Part shown: positions 20,454 through 30,529 of the stretch, one piece after another | How the letters are laid out: the number at the start of each line of letters is the position of its first letter | Numbering within the stretch: position 1 is the first letter of the stretch | NCBI GenBank assembly: GCA_027339965.1 | Contig: DAHWNL010000012.1 | Location: forward strand, 1 to 64,000 | DNA from: Granulicella sp. | Lineage (GTDB): Bacteria; Acidobacteriota; Terriglobia; Terriglobales; Acidobacteriaceae | Direction of reading: 5' to 3' | DNA: 64,000 nucleotides | Translations under genes and position numbers: made by a program | Notes under the pieces: generated by a model | What the model was told of the DNA's origin: nothing | Database searches by the model: none | The model's input: the letters and a program-made list of their open reading frames with translations, nothing else

Positions 20454-20469
20454 GGTGACTCCAATCACA
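20454..20469 (-). promoter_or_regulatory. Crp/Fnr box with class II geometry for the hemG-radical SAM operon
   Basis: Minus strand TGTGA-TTGGAG-TCACC; -10-like TAACCT at 20432-20427. Confidence 0.75.
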
Positions 20470-20741
20470 AAGCCTCCATCCGCGCTCCCTGACCGCGCCA
20501 GAGGATAGCGCCACCCTCTTCATCCCGAGAGAAGCTTGCCTTCAGGATCGCAATAACGGCAGGTTACCGTTTGACTCCGTCCGGCGGCCACAACCTCTCG
20601 TCATTGCCCCCAGTCGACCGTGAGCTGGTTGACGGAAGCGGTCAAGTCAGCCTGCTTGTGCGTCAACCCAGCCACCGCGCTGAATCAGATGGTCAAGGCG
20701 TAACGCCCCCGGGCGATCCATGAGAGGTAATTCTCCTTTTC

Positions 20742-22262
20742 CTAAGCCAGCATGCTCCCTGTCTTCAGAAAGCGGCTGTGCCAGGAGAGAGACTCGTCAA
20801 GAAGGTGTGGAGTATGTTTGCCGGGTGCAAGTTTCTCCGCACGGTGGAAGTAGTCGCGTAGCGCCGGACGAAAGTCGGGATGTGCGCAGTTCTCAATGAT
20901 GACTTTTGCGCGCTGCTTGGGTGAGAGTCCCCGCAGATCGGCCAACCCCTGATCCGTCACCATCACCTGGAGGTCATGCTCGGTGTGATCGACATGGGAG
21001 ACCATGGGAACGATGGTGGAGATCTTGCCCTTGGCCGCAGTCGATGGCGCCATCATGAAGGTAATATAGCCATTGCGAGTAAAGTCGCCCGAACCTCCGA
21101 TACCGTTTTGCATGCTCGATCCCATGATGTGGGTGGAGTTTACGTTCCCATAGATGTCCCCCTCAATCATGGCGTTCATTGTGATCACGCCCAGGCGACG
21201 GATGATCTCCGGACTGTTCGAGACCTCCTGCTGACGGATCACAATCTGATTGCGATAACTGCCGATCTTCGGCATGATCTTGGCAATCCCCTCCGGGCTC
21301 AACGAAAACGCCGTCGCCGACAGGCTGCTCAGCTTGCCCACATCCAGCAGGTGCACCATGCCATCCTGAATGACCTCCGTGTAGGAGGTCATCCCTTCAA
21401 AAGGAGCCTCTTCCAAGCCAAAGAGAACGGCATTGGCGATGTTGCCTACGCCAGACTGTAAAGGGAAGAGATTGGAAGGCAGATGGCCCTTCTTCACCTC
21501 CCACTCAAGAAAGTTGATGATGTGGCCGGCAATCTTGCGTGAAGCATGGTCCGGTTCCTTGAAGGGGCTGGCCCGGTCTCCAATGTCCGTATGGACCACC
21601 GCAATCACCTTCTGCAAAGGAACCTTGAGATACGGAGTGCCAATTCTCTGATTGGACTTGAGCAAGGGCAGCGGAATACGGTTGGGCGGCAGGCCAAGCC
21701 CATAGAAGAGGTCGTGCATGCCCTCCAGCTCCAGCGGCTGGCCGGAGTTGACCTCCAGGATCACCTTGTCAGCGCGCTCGATCCAGGTAGTGTTATTGCC
21801 CACCGAAGAGCTAGGGACCACGCGTCCATCCTCTAGGATGGCGGTCACCTCAATGATGGCAAGATCCATCTTGCCAAAAAAGCCGTAATCCACCTGCTGC
21901 GCCTGATGGCTCAGATGGATATCCATGTAACTGGCATCGCCGTTGTTGATCCGCTTGCGTAGCTCGGGATCACCCTGGTAAGGCGCGCGCATCTCCACGC
22001 CGTTGGCTTTGCCCAGCGCTCCGTCCAGCTCGGGACCGGTGGAAGCTCCGGTGAGCACGCTCACCCGGAAGCTCTCACCCCTCTCATGGTCAGCCTCGAT
22101 GCGCTTGGCCAGCGCCTTTGGAACTGCCTTGGGGTAGCCAGATCCCGTAAAGCCGCTCATGCCGATCAAGGATCCCGGCTGGATCATCGCCGCTGCTTCG
22201 TCGGCGCTCATCACACGCTGCGCGAAAGACGAATTCAAAACTCTGGAACTGGTTGAAGCCAT
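20742..22262 (-). CDS. Succinyl-CoA:acetate CoA-transferase / acetyl-CoA hydrolase family (AarC/Ach1-like)
   Basis: MSGFTGSGYPKAVP, LTGASTG, PLQSGVGNIANAV, YTEVIQD, NGIGGSGDF, IVPMVSHVDHTEHD, DQGLADLRGLSP. Confidence 0.93.
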   Translation of the reverse strand: MASTSSRVLNSSFAQRVMSADEAAAMIQPGSLIGMSGFTGSGYPKAVPKALAKRIEADHERGESFRVSVLTGASTGPELDGALGKANGVEMRAPYQGDPELRKRINNGDASYMDIHLSHQAQQVDYGFFGKMDLAIIEVTAILEDGRVVPSSSVGNNTTWIERADKVILEVNSGQPLELEGMHDLFYGLGLPPNRIPLPLLKSNQRIGTPYLKVPLQKVIAVVHTDIGDRASPFKEPDHASRKIAGHIINFLEWEVKKGHLPSNLFPLQSGVGNIANAVLFGLEEAPFEGMTSYTEVIQDGMVHLLDVGKLSSLSATAFSLSPEGIAKIMPKIGSYRNQIVIRQQEVSNSPEIIRRLGVITMNAMIEGDIYGNVNSTHIMGSSMQNGIGGSGDFTRNGYITFMMAPSTAAKGKISTIVPMVSHVDHTEHDLQVMVTDQGLADLRGLSPKQRAKVIIENCAHPDFRPALRDYFHRAEKLAPGKHTPHLLDESLSWHSRFLKTGSMLA

Positions 22263-22445
22263 CGAAACCTTCACCTTCCTCTTCCTGAATCTTTTACAAC
22301 TGCGGTACAGCTTCAGGCAAGTAAGAAGGCTGTCCAGATCCTGATTGTCTCCAGCCCGCCGCAGAAAGGGATCCTCCCGGGGATCTCCTCCCGGGAGCAA
22401 TCTGAACACTCGTCTTCAAGAATAGCGGGCCAGGACCGAACGGCG

Positions 22446-23765
22446 TCACCGCGCGGAAGCCAGACGCTCCTCCGAGCCTGTTCCGCGAGTATACGAGTCC
22501 GGCAGCTTCCTGTACTCGTGCCCGACATAGACCTGACGAGGCCGAGCGATCTTCTGCTCCGGATCGTTGATCAGCTCCTGCCACTGCGCCAGCCAACCTA
22601 CCGCGCGCGGAATCGCAAACAGGACCGTGAACATCTTGGGCTCAAACCCCATCGCCTCATAGATGATGCCCGAGTAGTAATCGACGTTGGGATACAGCTT
22701 GCGCGAGACAAAGTAATCGTCCGTCAGCGCAATCCTCTCCAACTCCATCGCCAGATCGATCTTCTTGTTGCGGCCGGTGATCTCAAAGACCTCATCGGCG
22801 GTCTTCTTGATCATCTTGGCCCGAGGATCGTAGTTCTTGTACACCCGATGCCCAAAGCCCATCAGCTTCTGGTGTCCTTCTTTCACACCCTTGATGAACT
22901 CCGGAATGTTCTCCTTGCTGCCGATCTCATCCAACATCTTCAGCACAGCCTCATTGGCGCCGCCGTGCAGCGGACCCGCCAGACCCGCCGTTGCCGCAGC
23001 CGCGCTCAGGAAGGGATCCGCCTCCGAGCTGCCTACCGAGCGCATGGCGTTGGTCGAGCAGTTCTGCTCATGATCGATGTGCAGGATGAACAGAACATCC
23101 AGCGCGCGGGCCAGCACCGGATGCTTCAAGTGCTGCAGCGGGCTGCGGTCCCAAAGCATGTGCATGAAGTTCTCCGCATAACCCAGTTGGGGCTCCGGCG
23201 CAATGTAATCCAGACCCTTGCTGTGACGGTAGCCATAGGCTGCGATGATCGGAACCTTGCCCACCATCCGGTGGATGCTCTCCATCTGGCGGTCATGATT
23301 GCGCACCTCTTTGGATTCCGGATAGAACGTGGAAAGCGCCGCCATGGTGCTCACCAGCATGCCCATCGGATGCGCATCGTAGCGGAACCCTTCCATGAAC
23401 TTCTTGATGTTTTCGAAGATGCCCATGTGAATCCGAATCGCCGCCAGCCACTCCGCTTCCTGTTCCGGCGTTGGCAGCTCTCCGTGAATGACCAGATATG
23501 CCACCTGCGGAAAAGTGCAGTGCTCCGCCAGATCCGCGATGTCATATCCGCGATAGCGCAGAATGCCTTTGTCGCCGTCGATGAAGGTAATCTTGCTCTG
23601 GCACGATGCGGTGTTGGTAAAAGCCGGATCATAAGACATCAAGCCGAAGTCCTCGGCGTCCACCTTGATCTTGCGCAGATCCATCGCACGAATCGTTCCA
23701 CGCGTTACCGGAAACGTGTATTGCTTTTCAGTGCGGTTATCTATCACTGTTACCGTGTTATCCAT
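22446..23765 (-). CDS. gltA: Citrate synthase
   Basis: ITFIDGDKGILRYRGY, LHIDHEQNCST, GPLHGGANE, MGFGHRVYKNYDPRA, YPNVDYYSG. Confidence 0.97.
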   Translation of the reverse strand: MDNTVTVIDNRTEKQYTFPVTRGTIRAMDLRKIKVDAEDFGLMSYDPAFTNTASCQSKITFIDGDKGILRYRGYDIADLAEHCTFPQVAYLVIHGELPTPEQEAEWLAAIRIHMGIFENIKKFMEGFRYDAHPMGMLVSTMAALSTFYPESKEVRNHDRQMESIHRMVGKVPIIAAYGYRHSKGLDYIAPEPQLGYAENFMHMLWDRSPLQHLKHPVLARALDVLFILHIDHEQNCSTNAMRSVGSSEADPFLSAAAATAGLAGPLHGGANEAVLKMLDEIGSKENIPEFIKGVKEGHQKLMGFGHRVYKNYDPRAKMIKKTADEVFEITGRNKKIDLAMELERIALTDDYFVSRKLYPNVDYYSGIIYEAMGFEPKMFTVLFAIPRAVGWLAQWQELINDPEQKIARPRQVYVGHEYRKLPDSYTRGTGSEERLASAR

Positions 23766-23817
23766 AAAATACTTCCTTTCGATTGCTCAACTATCGTCTT
23801 CCCCGAGTAGCGTCGAT

Positions 23818-23833
23818 TGTGACACGCATCACA
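23818..23833 (-). promoter_or_regulatory. Perfect Crp/Fnr box upstream of gltA
   Basis: (T)TGTGA-CACGCA-TCACA(A); -10-like GATAGT at 23795-23790 on the minus strand. Confidence 0.8.
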
Positions 23834-24054
23834 ACCGTTGAAATCATCCGGGTGCTCTTTCCACGCTCGCACTCAGCCGAAATCATGGTGGCTCTCTTCG
23901 CACACCTTCCGTGCTCTCTTATTCCATCGAGATATCCCTTGCGCTCTTGATCCAGCTTGAGGTCCACTCGCATCCTTACCCATGAAATTCCATATTTCCT
24001 GGCCCCATTCTGATAGAGACGAGGCCGTCACGCTCCAAGCGCAATCTTCGACTC

Positions 24055-24092
24055 GATCACTCTGCGAAAGAGATCACTCTGCGGAAACGATC
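24055..24092. repeat. Direct repeat GATCACTCTGCG with 17-bp period in the gltA/fumC intergenic region
   Basis: Copies at 24055 and 24072; partial GATC at 24089. Confidence 0.65.
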
Positions 24093-24516
24093 TCACCAGA
24101 GCCGGAGTGAAAATTCTGAAATCGGATGCTAACAAATCCCCGGAAACCTTCTGGCCGATTACCGGAATGACACCTGCCCATCCGCCTAGCTATAGTTATA
24201 TCTGCAACCTCGTGGTGGCCGCCTGTTTCGTTCTGTATTGCACCCTGCCGGACCGGCTCCACTGGCAGAAGCTGCGCCGATGACGCCAAAGGCGCACCGG
24301 TCCAGACGGAGCGCGACGCGGCCTTCGCTTTGGGAAGAAGCCAAGGAATGGCCCGAGAGCAGGGGTTTCTGTCCGCTTCGCTCAGGGGGTTCTTCCGCAG
24401 CCCTCCCCAATCCCCACCGGGGCCCGGCGTCGTTGCAGGGCGACGGCATCGATCGCAAGATAATCATTCTTCTCGCCCGGCAGGGCGCGCGGAATTCGGA
24501 TGAGGGCAAAAGGTCC

Positions 24517-25941
24517 ATGAACGGAACAGATGAGATGAGGCAAGCTTTCACGCGGGGGGTACGCCAGGAGTCCGACAGCATGGGACAGATCGAAGTCCCT
24601 TTTAACCACTACTGGGGGGCGCAGACCCAGCGAAGCCTGCACCACTTCGCCATTGGCGAAGACCGCATGCCGCTGGAGCTGATCCGGGCCTTCGGCATCC
24701 TCAAGAAGGCCGCGGCGCTGGTGAACCACGACCTTGGCAAACTGCCCCGGGACAAGATGGAGTTGATCGTGCAAGCCGCCGACGAAGTGATCGAAGGCAA
24801 GCTCAACCAGGAGTTTCCGCTGCGCATCTGGCAGACCGGCTCCGGCACCCAGACCAATATGAATGTGAACGAGGTCATCTCCAACCGCGCCATCGAGATT
24901 GCAGGCGGCGAGATGGGCAGCAAGAAGCCGGTGCATCCCAATGACCACGTGAATATGTCGCAGTCCTCCAACGATACGTTTCCCGCGGCTATGTACATTG
25001 CCGCGGCTACAGCGGTCAAGGAGAGGCTGATCCCGGCAATACAGCATCTGCATGATTCCATTGCTGCCAAAGCCCAAGAGTTTGAATCCGTGGTGAAGAT
25101 CGGCCGCACCCATTTGCAGGACGCAACGCCGTTAACCCTGGGCCAGGAGATTGGCGGCTGGTCAAGTCTGCTCGAACGCGATATTCAGCGCCTGGAGGTC
25201 TCTCTCAGCGGCCTCTACGAGCTGGCCATCGGCGGCACCGCGGTCGGCACGGGGCTGAACACCCATCCGGAGTTCGCTGACCGCGTTGCCGCCAGAATCG
25301 CCGAACTCACCGGCCTTCCCTTCCGCTCCCATCCCAACAAATTTGCAGCGCTCTCGGCGCACGACGAGTTGGTCTTCGCCAGTGGAGCTCTGGTGACGCT
25401 CTCCGCCTCCATGATGAAGATCGCCAATGATGTCCGTTGGCTCAGCTCCGGGCCGCGCTGCGGTCTGGGCGAGCTGACGATTCCGGAGAATGAGCCTGGA
25501 AGCTCCATCATGCCCGGCAAGGTAAACCCCACGCAGAGCGAGGCCATGACCATGGTCGCCGTGCAGGTGCATGGAAACAATGCCGCCATCGCCTTTGCCG
25601 GCAGCCAGGGCAACTTTGAGCTGAATGTTTTCAAGCCGGTGATGATTTACAACTTCATGCACTCGGTCCGTCTGCTCAGCGATACCAGCCGCATGTTCGT
25701 GGAGTTCTGCATGAACGGGCTGGAAGCCAACCTGCAGCGCATCCACCAGTATGTGGAGAACTGCCTGATGCTGGTGACGGCTCTCAACCAGTACATCGGT
25801 TACGACAAGGCCGCCAAGCTAGCCAAGACCGCGCACCAAAAAGGGATCTCCTTGCGCGAGGCCAATCGTGAGCTGGGCTATCTCAGCGAAGAGGAGTTTG
25901 ACGCCTACATGAAGCCGGAGAAGATGACCACCGCGGGCTGA
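24517..25941 (+). CDS. fumC: Class II fumarate hydratase
   Basis: [65 protein letters not shown]. Confidence 0.97.
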   Translation: MNGTDEMRQAFTRGVRQESDSMGQIEVPFNHYWGAQTQRSLHHFAIGEDRMPLELIRAFGILKKAAALVNHDLGKLPRDKMELIVQAADEVIEGKLNQEFPLRIWQTGSGTQTNMNVNEVISNRAIEIAGGEMGSKKPVHPNDHVNMSQSSNDTFPAAMYIAAATAVKERLIPAIQHLHDSIAAKAQEFESVVKIGRTHLQDATPLTLGQEIGGWSSLLERDIQRLEVSLSGLYELAIGGTAVGTGLNTHPEFADRVAARIAELTGLPFRSHPNKFAALSAHDELVFASGALVTLSASMMKIANDVRWLSSGPRCGLGELTIPENEPGSSIMPGKVNPTQSEAMTMVAVQVHGNNAAIAFAGSQGNFELNVFKPVMIYNFMHSVRLLSDTSRMFVEFCMNGLEANLQRIHQYVENCLMLVTALNQYIGYDKAAKLAKTAHQKGISLREANRELGYLSEEEFDAYMKPEKMTTAG

Positions 25942-26333
25942 TACGCAACCCTACCGGCTCGCGTACTGACGCCGATCTGGTCCGGGAGGTGGCGTACTGG
26001 ACCTTTGGCGTTCAAGAACTGGAGCAACGCGCAGAAGGCAATCCCTTCGACAACCGGAACTCCGTCTACGCCTGCGCCTATCCCGCCAACCCCGCCAAGG
26101 ACTTCGAGCGGAACGCCGGAGTGCGGCGTTACGCCTCTTCTCCATGCGCCGTCGCCAAACTTGTCCATCACCACACGCCCACTGGCCGGAGGGGCCAGCC
26201 CATGCTGCCGGCGCACACGATCTACGATCCCGTGGTTCCCATGCGTCAACGGGAGCTCTATCAGGACGAGGTCGGCCATATCTTGGATCAGATGGTTCGC
26301 CGGGCGGAGCGCGGCCCGCTCCCGGCCCACTGA
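25938..26333 (+). pseudogene. Degenerate C-terminal fragment of an alpha/beta-hydrolase-like gene
   Basis: GNPFDNRNSVY...GVRRYASSP...TPTGRRGQPMLPAHTIYDPVVP resembles the acid-residue region of a hydrolase; no N-terminus or SD; frame begins at the fumC stop. Confidence 0.5.
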
Positions 26334-26443
26334 AATCCAAGGCGGCGATTCAGGAAGCTCTGTTTCTCCACCATCCGGAGCGCTCCAAGTAACCCGGGGA
26401 GCGCAGCTCCGGCGCGGCTTGCGCGTGAACCGTATAATAAAGT

Positions 26444-29005
26444 ATGGATCCCTCGCGGCCGGAGAAGAACATCGTCTCCAGCGCTTCGAAATCATGCGTA
26501 TCCCCTCCAACCGGCGCTCTTCCGCGGAGCCCGGCCGGCGTGGAGCTCGAAGCAGCCCCTCCCGGCGCTTCGCATCCGGGCTCTGCGCCCGGCAATGCCG
26601 CGGATCGCAACGGTTACGCCAGCCAGGCCCCGGAGCCTGATTTCGACAAGAGCCCCGCCGAGTTGGCCCGGTCCTCGGCTGAGATCTCGTCCACGGTTGC
26701 TGCCGGGCTGACACCGCCGGCTCAGGCTGATGCGGGTCATCACGCGAGCGCGGCTCAAGACCTCCATCCAGACCCTCTTCGGGACACGGAGATGGAAGCA
26801 CGTTTCGAGCATCTGATGACCACCGTCAAGGCCAACCGGCCCGGCGACGATCTGGAGCTGATTCGCTCCGCCTGGAGCTTTTCTAAGCAGAAGCATGAGG
26901 GCCAGATCCGCGCCTCCGGCGAGGCCTACATCGGCCATCCCCTTGAAGTCGCTCAGGTTCTGGCCGAGCTGAAGATGGATGCCACCGCTATCGCGGCGGG
27001 CCTGCTCCACGACGCCGTGGAAGACACTGACGTCACAGCCGGCGAGATCGCCCGGATCTTCGGCGAGCAGGTAGCCCATATCGTCGAAGGCGTCACCAAG
27101 CTGGACAAGATCAAGTTCGCCAATCGCGAAGACCATCAGGCAGAAAATATTCGCAAGATGCTGCTGGCCATGGTGACCGACCTGCGCGTGGTCATCATCA
27201 AGCTGGCCGATCGGCTGCATAACATGCGCACGCTCGATCATCTGCAGCCGGAAAAGCAGCAGCGCATCGCCCGCGAGACGCTGGAGGTCTACGCCCCCCT
27301 GGCGCATCGGCTGGGCATGGGCAAGCTGCGCAGCGAACTGGAAGATCTCGCCTTCCGCTACATCGATCCCTTCGCCTTCTCCAAACTCTCCTCGGAGATC
27401 GACTCTTTGCGGGGTGAAGGCGAGGCCTTTCTGCAGCAGATCGTAAGCACCGTGGAGACACGGCTCAGGGAGGTCGGAATCCGGGCGCGCGTGGAGTCTC
27501 GCATCAAGCGTCTGTACTCCATCCAGCAGAAGCTCGTCGCGCATAATGTTCCTTTCGAACAGGTCTTCGATCTTTTCGCGGTTCGCGTCATCACCGAAAC
27601 CGAGTCCGACTGCTACGCCGTTCTCGGCCTTCTGCACAGCATCTGGCGGCCCGTGCCGGGCCGCTTCAAAGACTTCATCGCCATGCCGCGGCCGAACCTC
27701 TATCAGTCGCTGCACACCACGCTCATCGCCCAGGGAGGCCACCAGTTTGAGGTGCAGATCCGGACCGAGGATATGCACCGCGTCGCCGAAGAAGGAATCG
27801 CGGCTCACTGGAAGTACAAAGCTACCGACAACGTCAGCGCCAAGGATGAGCAGCGCCTGGCATGGGTCCGGCAGCTCATGGAATGGCAACGCGAAATGAC
27901 CGACCCCAATGAGTTCATGTCGACGCTGCGGATCGACCTGTACCCCGAGGAGGTCTACACCTTCACACCCAAGGGCAAGGTCATCGTGCTGCCCAAGGAC
28001 GCCAGTCCCATCGACTTCGCCTACGCCATCCACACCGATGTCGGCCATGCGACCACCGGGGCTAAGGTGAACGGACGCATCGTTCCCCTGCGCACTCGCC
28101 TGCGCAATGGGGACATTGTGGAGATCACCACTCAGGCTGGCCACGCGCCCTCGCGCGACTGGCTCAGCTTCACCAAAAGCTCGCGCGCGCGCAACAAGAT
28201 CAAGCACTGGCTGAATGAGAATCAGAGGGCTCGCGCCATTGAGATTGGCATCAAGCTGCTGCAGCGCGAGGCGCGCAAGTACAAGGTCTCGCTGGACAAG
28301 TTCAAGCAGAGCGACTTCGAACGCGTGGCCGCCGAGTACGGCCTGGCTCAGGTGGAGGATCTGCACAGCGGCATCGGCTTCGGCAAGTACTCCGCGCGCC
28401 AGACTCTCAATAAGCTGGAGCCAGGCAGCACCCTTCCTGTGGAACCGCAGGCCGAGGAGCCCGGCGCGCACAGCAACGCTTTGGCGCACATGTCCGAGGC
28501 GGTCAAGCGTGTCTTCTTTGGCAAAGGTTCGGAGTCCCTGCAGGTGGAGGGACAGGACGATCTGCTTGTCTACCGGGCCCGATGCTGCAACCCGATCCGG
28601 GGCGAAGAGATCATCGGCTATGTCACCCGCGGCAAAGGCGTCGCCGTGCATGCGCGGAGCTGCCCCAATGTCCAGAACCTGCTCTACGAGGCTGACCGCC
28701 GGATCGATGTCGCCTGGAATGAAGCTCCCGCGGCCGCCTCGACGGACTCCCGCAAACCGACTACCTATCCGGTCAAGCTGGTGGTGCTAACCGAGGACCG
28801 CGCCGGCCTCCTCAAGGAGTTCGCCGCCATCATCTCGGAAGACGGCACCAACATCCGATCGGTCGAGACTCGCCCGGCCGATGATGATTCGGTCTATATC
28901 GACTTCGTCATCGAGACCCTGGACCTCCGCCATCTCACCCGCCTCATTCAGAACCTGCGCAAGGTTCCCGGCGTGCGCGACGTCCATCGAGTGCAGAAGG
29001 TCTAA
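26444..29005 (+). CDS. relA: Bifunctional (p)ppGpp synthetase/hydrolase (Rel/SpoT)
   Basis: HD domain LLHDAVED, KLADRLHNMRTL, YQSLHTT, EVQIRT, AAHWKYK, TGS, CCNP zinc finger, ACT; TATAAT 5 nt before ATG. Confidence 0.97.
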   Translation: MDPSRPEKNIVSSASKSCVSPPTGALPRSPAGVELEAAPPGASHPGSAPGNAADRNGYASQAPEPDFDKSPAELARSSAEISSTVAAGLTPPAQADAGHHASAAQDLHPDPLRDTEMEARFEHLMTTVKANRPGDDLELIRSAWSFSKQKHEGQIRASGEAYIGHPLEVAQVLAELKMDATAIAAGLLHDAVEDTDVTAGEIARIFGEQVAHIVEGVTKLDKIKFANREDHQAENIRKMLLAMVTDLRVVIIKLADRLHNMRTLDHLQPEKQQRIARETLEVYAPLAHRLGMGKLRSELEDLAFRYIDPFAFSKLSSEIDSLRGEGEAFLQQIVSTVETRLREVGIRARVESRIKRLYSIQQKLVAHNVPFEQVFDLFAVRVITETESDCYAVLGLLHSIWRPVPGRFKDFIAMPRPNLYQSLHTTLIAQGGHQFEVQIRTEDMHRVAEEGIAAHWKYKATDNVSAKDEQRLAWVRQLMEWQREMTDPNEFMSTLRIDLYPEEVYTFTPKGKVIVLPKDASPIDFAYAIHTDVGHATTGAKVNGRIVPLRTRLRNGDIVEITTQAGHAPSRDWLSFTKSSRARNKIKHWLNENQRARAIEIGIKLLQREARKYKVSLDKFKQSDFERVAAEYGLAQVEDLHSGIGFGKYSARQTLNKLEPGSTLPVEPQAEEPGAHSNALAHMSEAVKRVFFGKGSESLQVEGQDDLLVYRARCCNPIRGEEIIGYVTRGKGVAVHARSCPNVQNLLYEADRRIDVAWNEAPAAASTDSRKPTTYPVKLVVLTEDRAGLLKEFAAIISEDGTNIRSVETRPADDDSVYIDFVIETLDLRHLTRLIQNLRKVPGVRDVHRVQKV

Positions 29006-30243
29006 CCCAGCAAGTTCATCCGCCGCGCCGTCGCCGCCAGAATCTCCAGGGCTCGATCCATCTGTTCGCTGGTGTGCTCGCTGGTCATGATGCAGCGGAT
29101 GCGCGCCTTGCCCTCCGGCACGGTGGGAAAGACGATGCCTGTTGCCATCACGCCCTGCTCCAGCAATGCGCGGCTGTACTCCATGGTCTTGCGGCCGTCT
29201 CCCAGGATGATCGGCGTGATCGGCGTCTCGCTGCGCGGCGTGCTTTTGCCGCCGATATCAAACCCCGCCTGCCGGAGCTGCTCCTGGAAGTACCGGGTGT
29301 TGCTCCACAACCGCTCGATACGCTCCGGTTCGTTCTCCAGGATGTCGAAGGCGGCGATGCAACTGGCCGCCACGCTGGGAGGATGCGAGGTAGAAAAGAG
29401 AAATGGCCGGGCGCGGTGATACAGATAGTCGATCAGATCCCGCGATCCGCAGACATAGCCGCCCAGCGCTCCAATCGCTTTGGAGAGCGTACCCACCTGC
29501 ACATCCACCCGATGCGTGCAGCCGAAGTGGTCCACACTGCCACGCCCATGGCGCCCCAGCACACCGCTGGCATGGGCATCATCCACCATCATGATGGCGC
29601 CGTACCGATCCGCCAGATCACACAGATCCTTTACCGGACCGATGTCCCCATCCATGGAGAAGACGCCATCGGTAATCACCAGCCTGTGCCCGGGTTGATC
29701 GGCTATCTCCTGGAGCAACTCCTCGCAGTGGGCCACGTCTTTGTGCCGGAAGACCTTGATCTTGGCCCGCGAGAGGCGCGCTCCATCGATGATGCTGGCA
29801 TGGTTCAACTCATCGGAGAGAATGAAGTCGTCCTTGCCCAGAATGCTGGACACCGTACCGGCGTTGGCGGTAAAGCCGGACTGGAAGACCACACAAGCCT
29901 CAACACCCTTGAAGCGCGCAATCTTCTCTTCCAGCTCCATGTGCAGGCGCATGGTTCCGGCGATGGTCCTCACCGCTCCTGAGCCGACTCCGAACCTGGC
30001 CGTCGCCTCGATGGCCGCCTCGCGCAGCCGGGGGTGATTGCAGAGCCCAAGGTAGTTGTTTGAAGCCAGATTGATGACCTCCCGGCCATCATAGCGGCAC
30101 ACCGGAGCCTGCGCGTCCTCCAGCACGCGCAGATTGAAGTGCGTGCCCTGAGCGCGCATCGCATCCAGTTGCTTCGTTAAGTGCGCCATCTGCGGGCGTT
30201 TCCACGTAGAATCTCCAGGAGAGGTCGCTGCTGTGCTGGTCAT
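29002..30243 (-). CDS. kbl: Glycine C-acetyltransferase / AONS-family PLP acyltransferase
   Basis: NLASNNYLGL, SDELNHASIIDG, TDGVFSMDGD, VDDAHASG, GTLSKAIG, RPFLFSTS. Confidence 0.88.
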   Translation of the reverse strand: MTSTAATSPGDSTWKRPQMAHLTKQLDAMRAQGTHFNLRVLEDAQAPVCRYDGREVINLASNNYLGLCNHPRLREAAIEATARFGVGSGAVRTIAGTMRLHMELEEKIARFKGVEACVVFQSGFTANAGTVSSILGKDDFILSDELNHASIIDGARLSRAKIKVFRHKDVAHCEELLQEIADQPGHRLVITDGVFSMDGDIGPVKDLCDLADRYGAIMMVDDAHASGVLGRHGRGSVDHFGCTHRVDVQVGTLSKAIGALGGYVCGSRDLIDYLYHRARPFLFSTSHPPSVAASCIAAFDILENEPERIERLWSNTRYFQEQLRQAGFDIGGKSTPRSETPITPIILGDGRKTMEYSRALLEQGVMATGIVFPTVPEGKARIRCIMTSEHTSEQMDRALEILAATARRMNLLG

Positions 30244-30529
30244 GCAGTGATTTTATTCCTTTCGATACTGCCTCGCCACGCTTGCCGAGGCTCTGCTTCC
30301 CGAGGTTTCAGGCAGCAAATCCGCAATGCCCCGCATCCAAACGCTGTGGAAGTCCGCAGGATCGAAGAGCTTCAGCGCCGCTCACCAGTTGTCCCTCGGG
30401 CCGGAGCAAGTCGCTCACCCCCGGCTCTACCCGGCAAGAGCCAGCCGGCGCTCCGGCAAGATCCCCAGCAGGAGCGCGGCTGCGAGACCCACCTTACTTC
30501 CGGGCGATGCAAGAGATGGAAGGAGAGTC

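Noticed and set aside
26492..28651. 719-aa antisense ORF over rel, and similar long shadow ORFs (9543-10970, 22518-23810, 45689-47746, 55186-56424, 58455-59915)
   Set aside because: They mirror well-supported genes on the opposite strand, an expected product of GC-rich codon bias, and show no protein motifs
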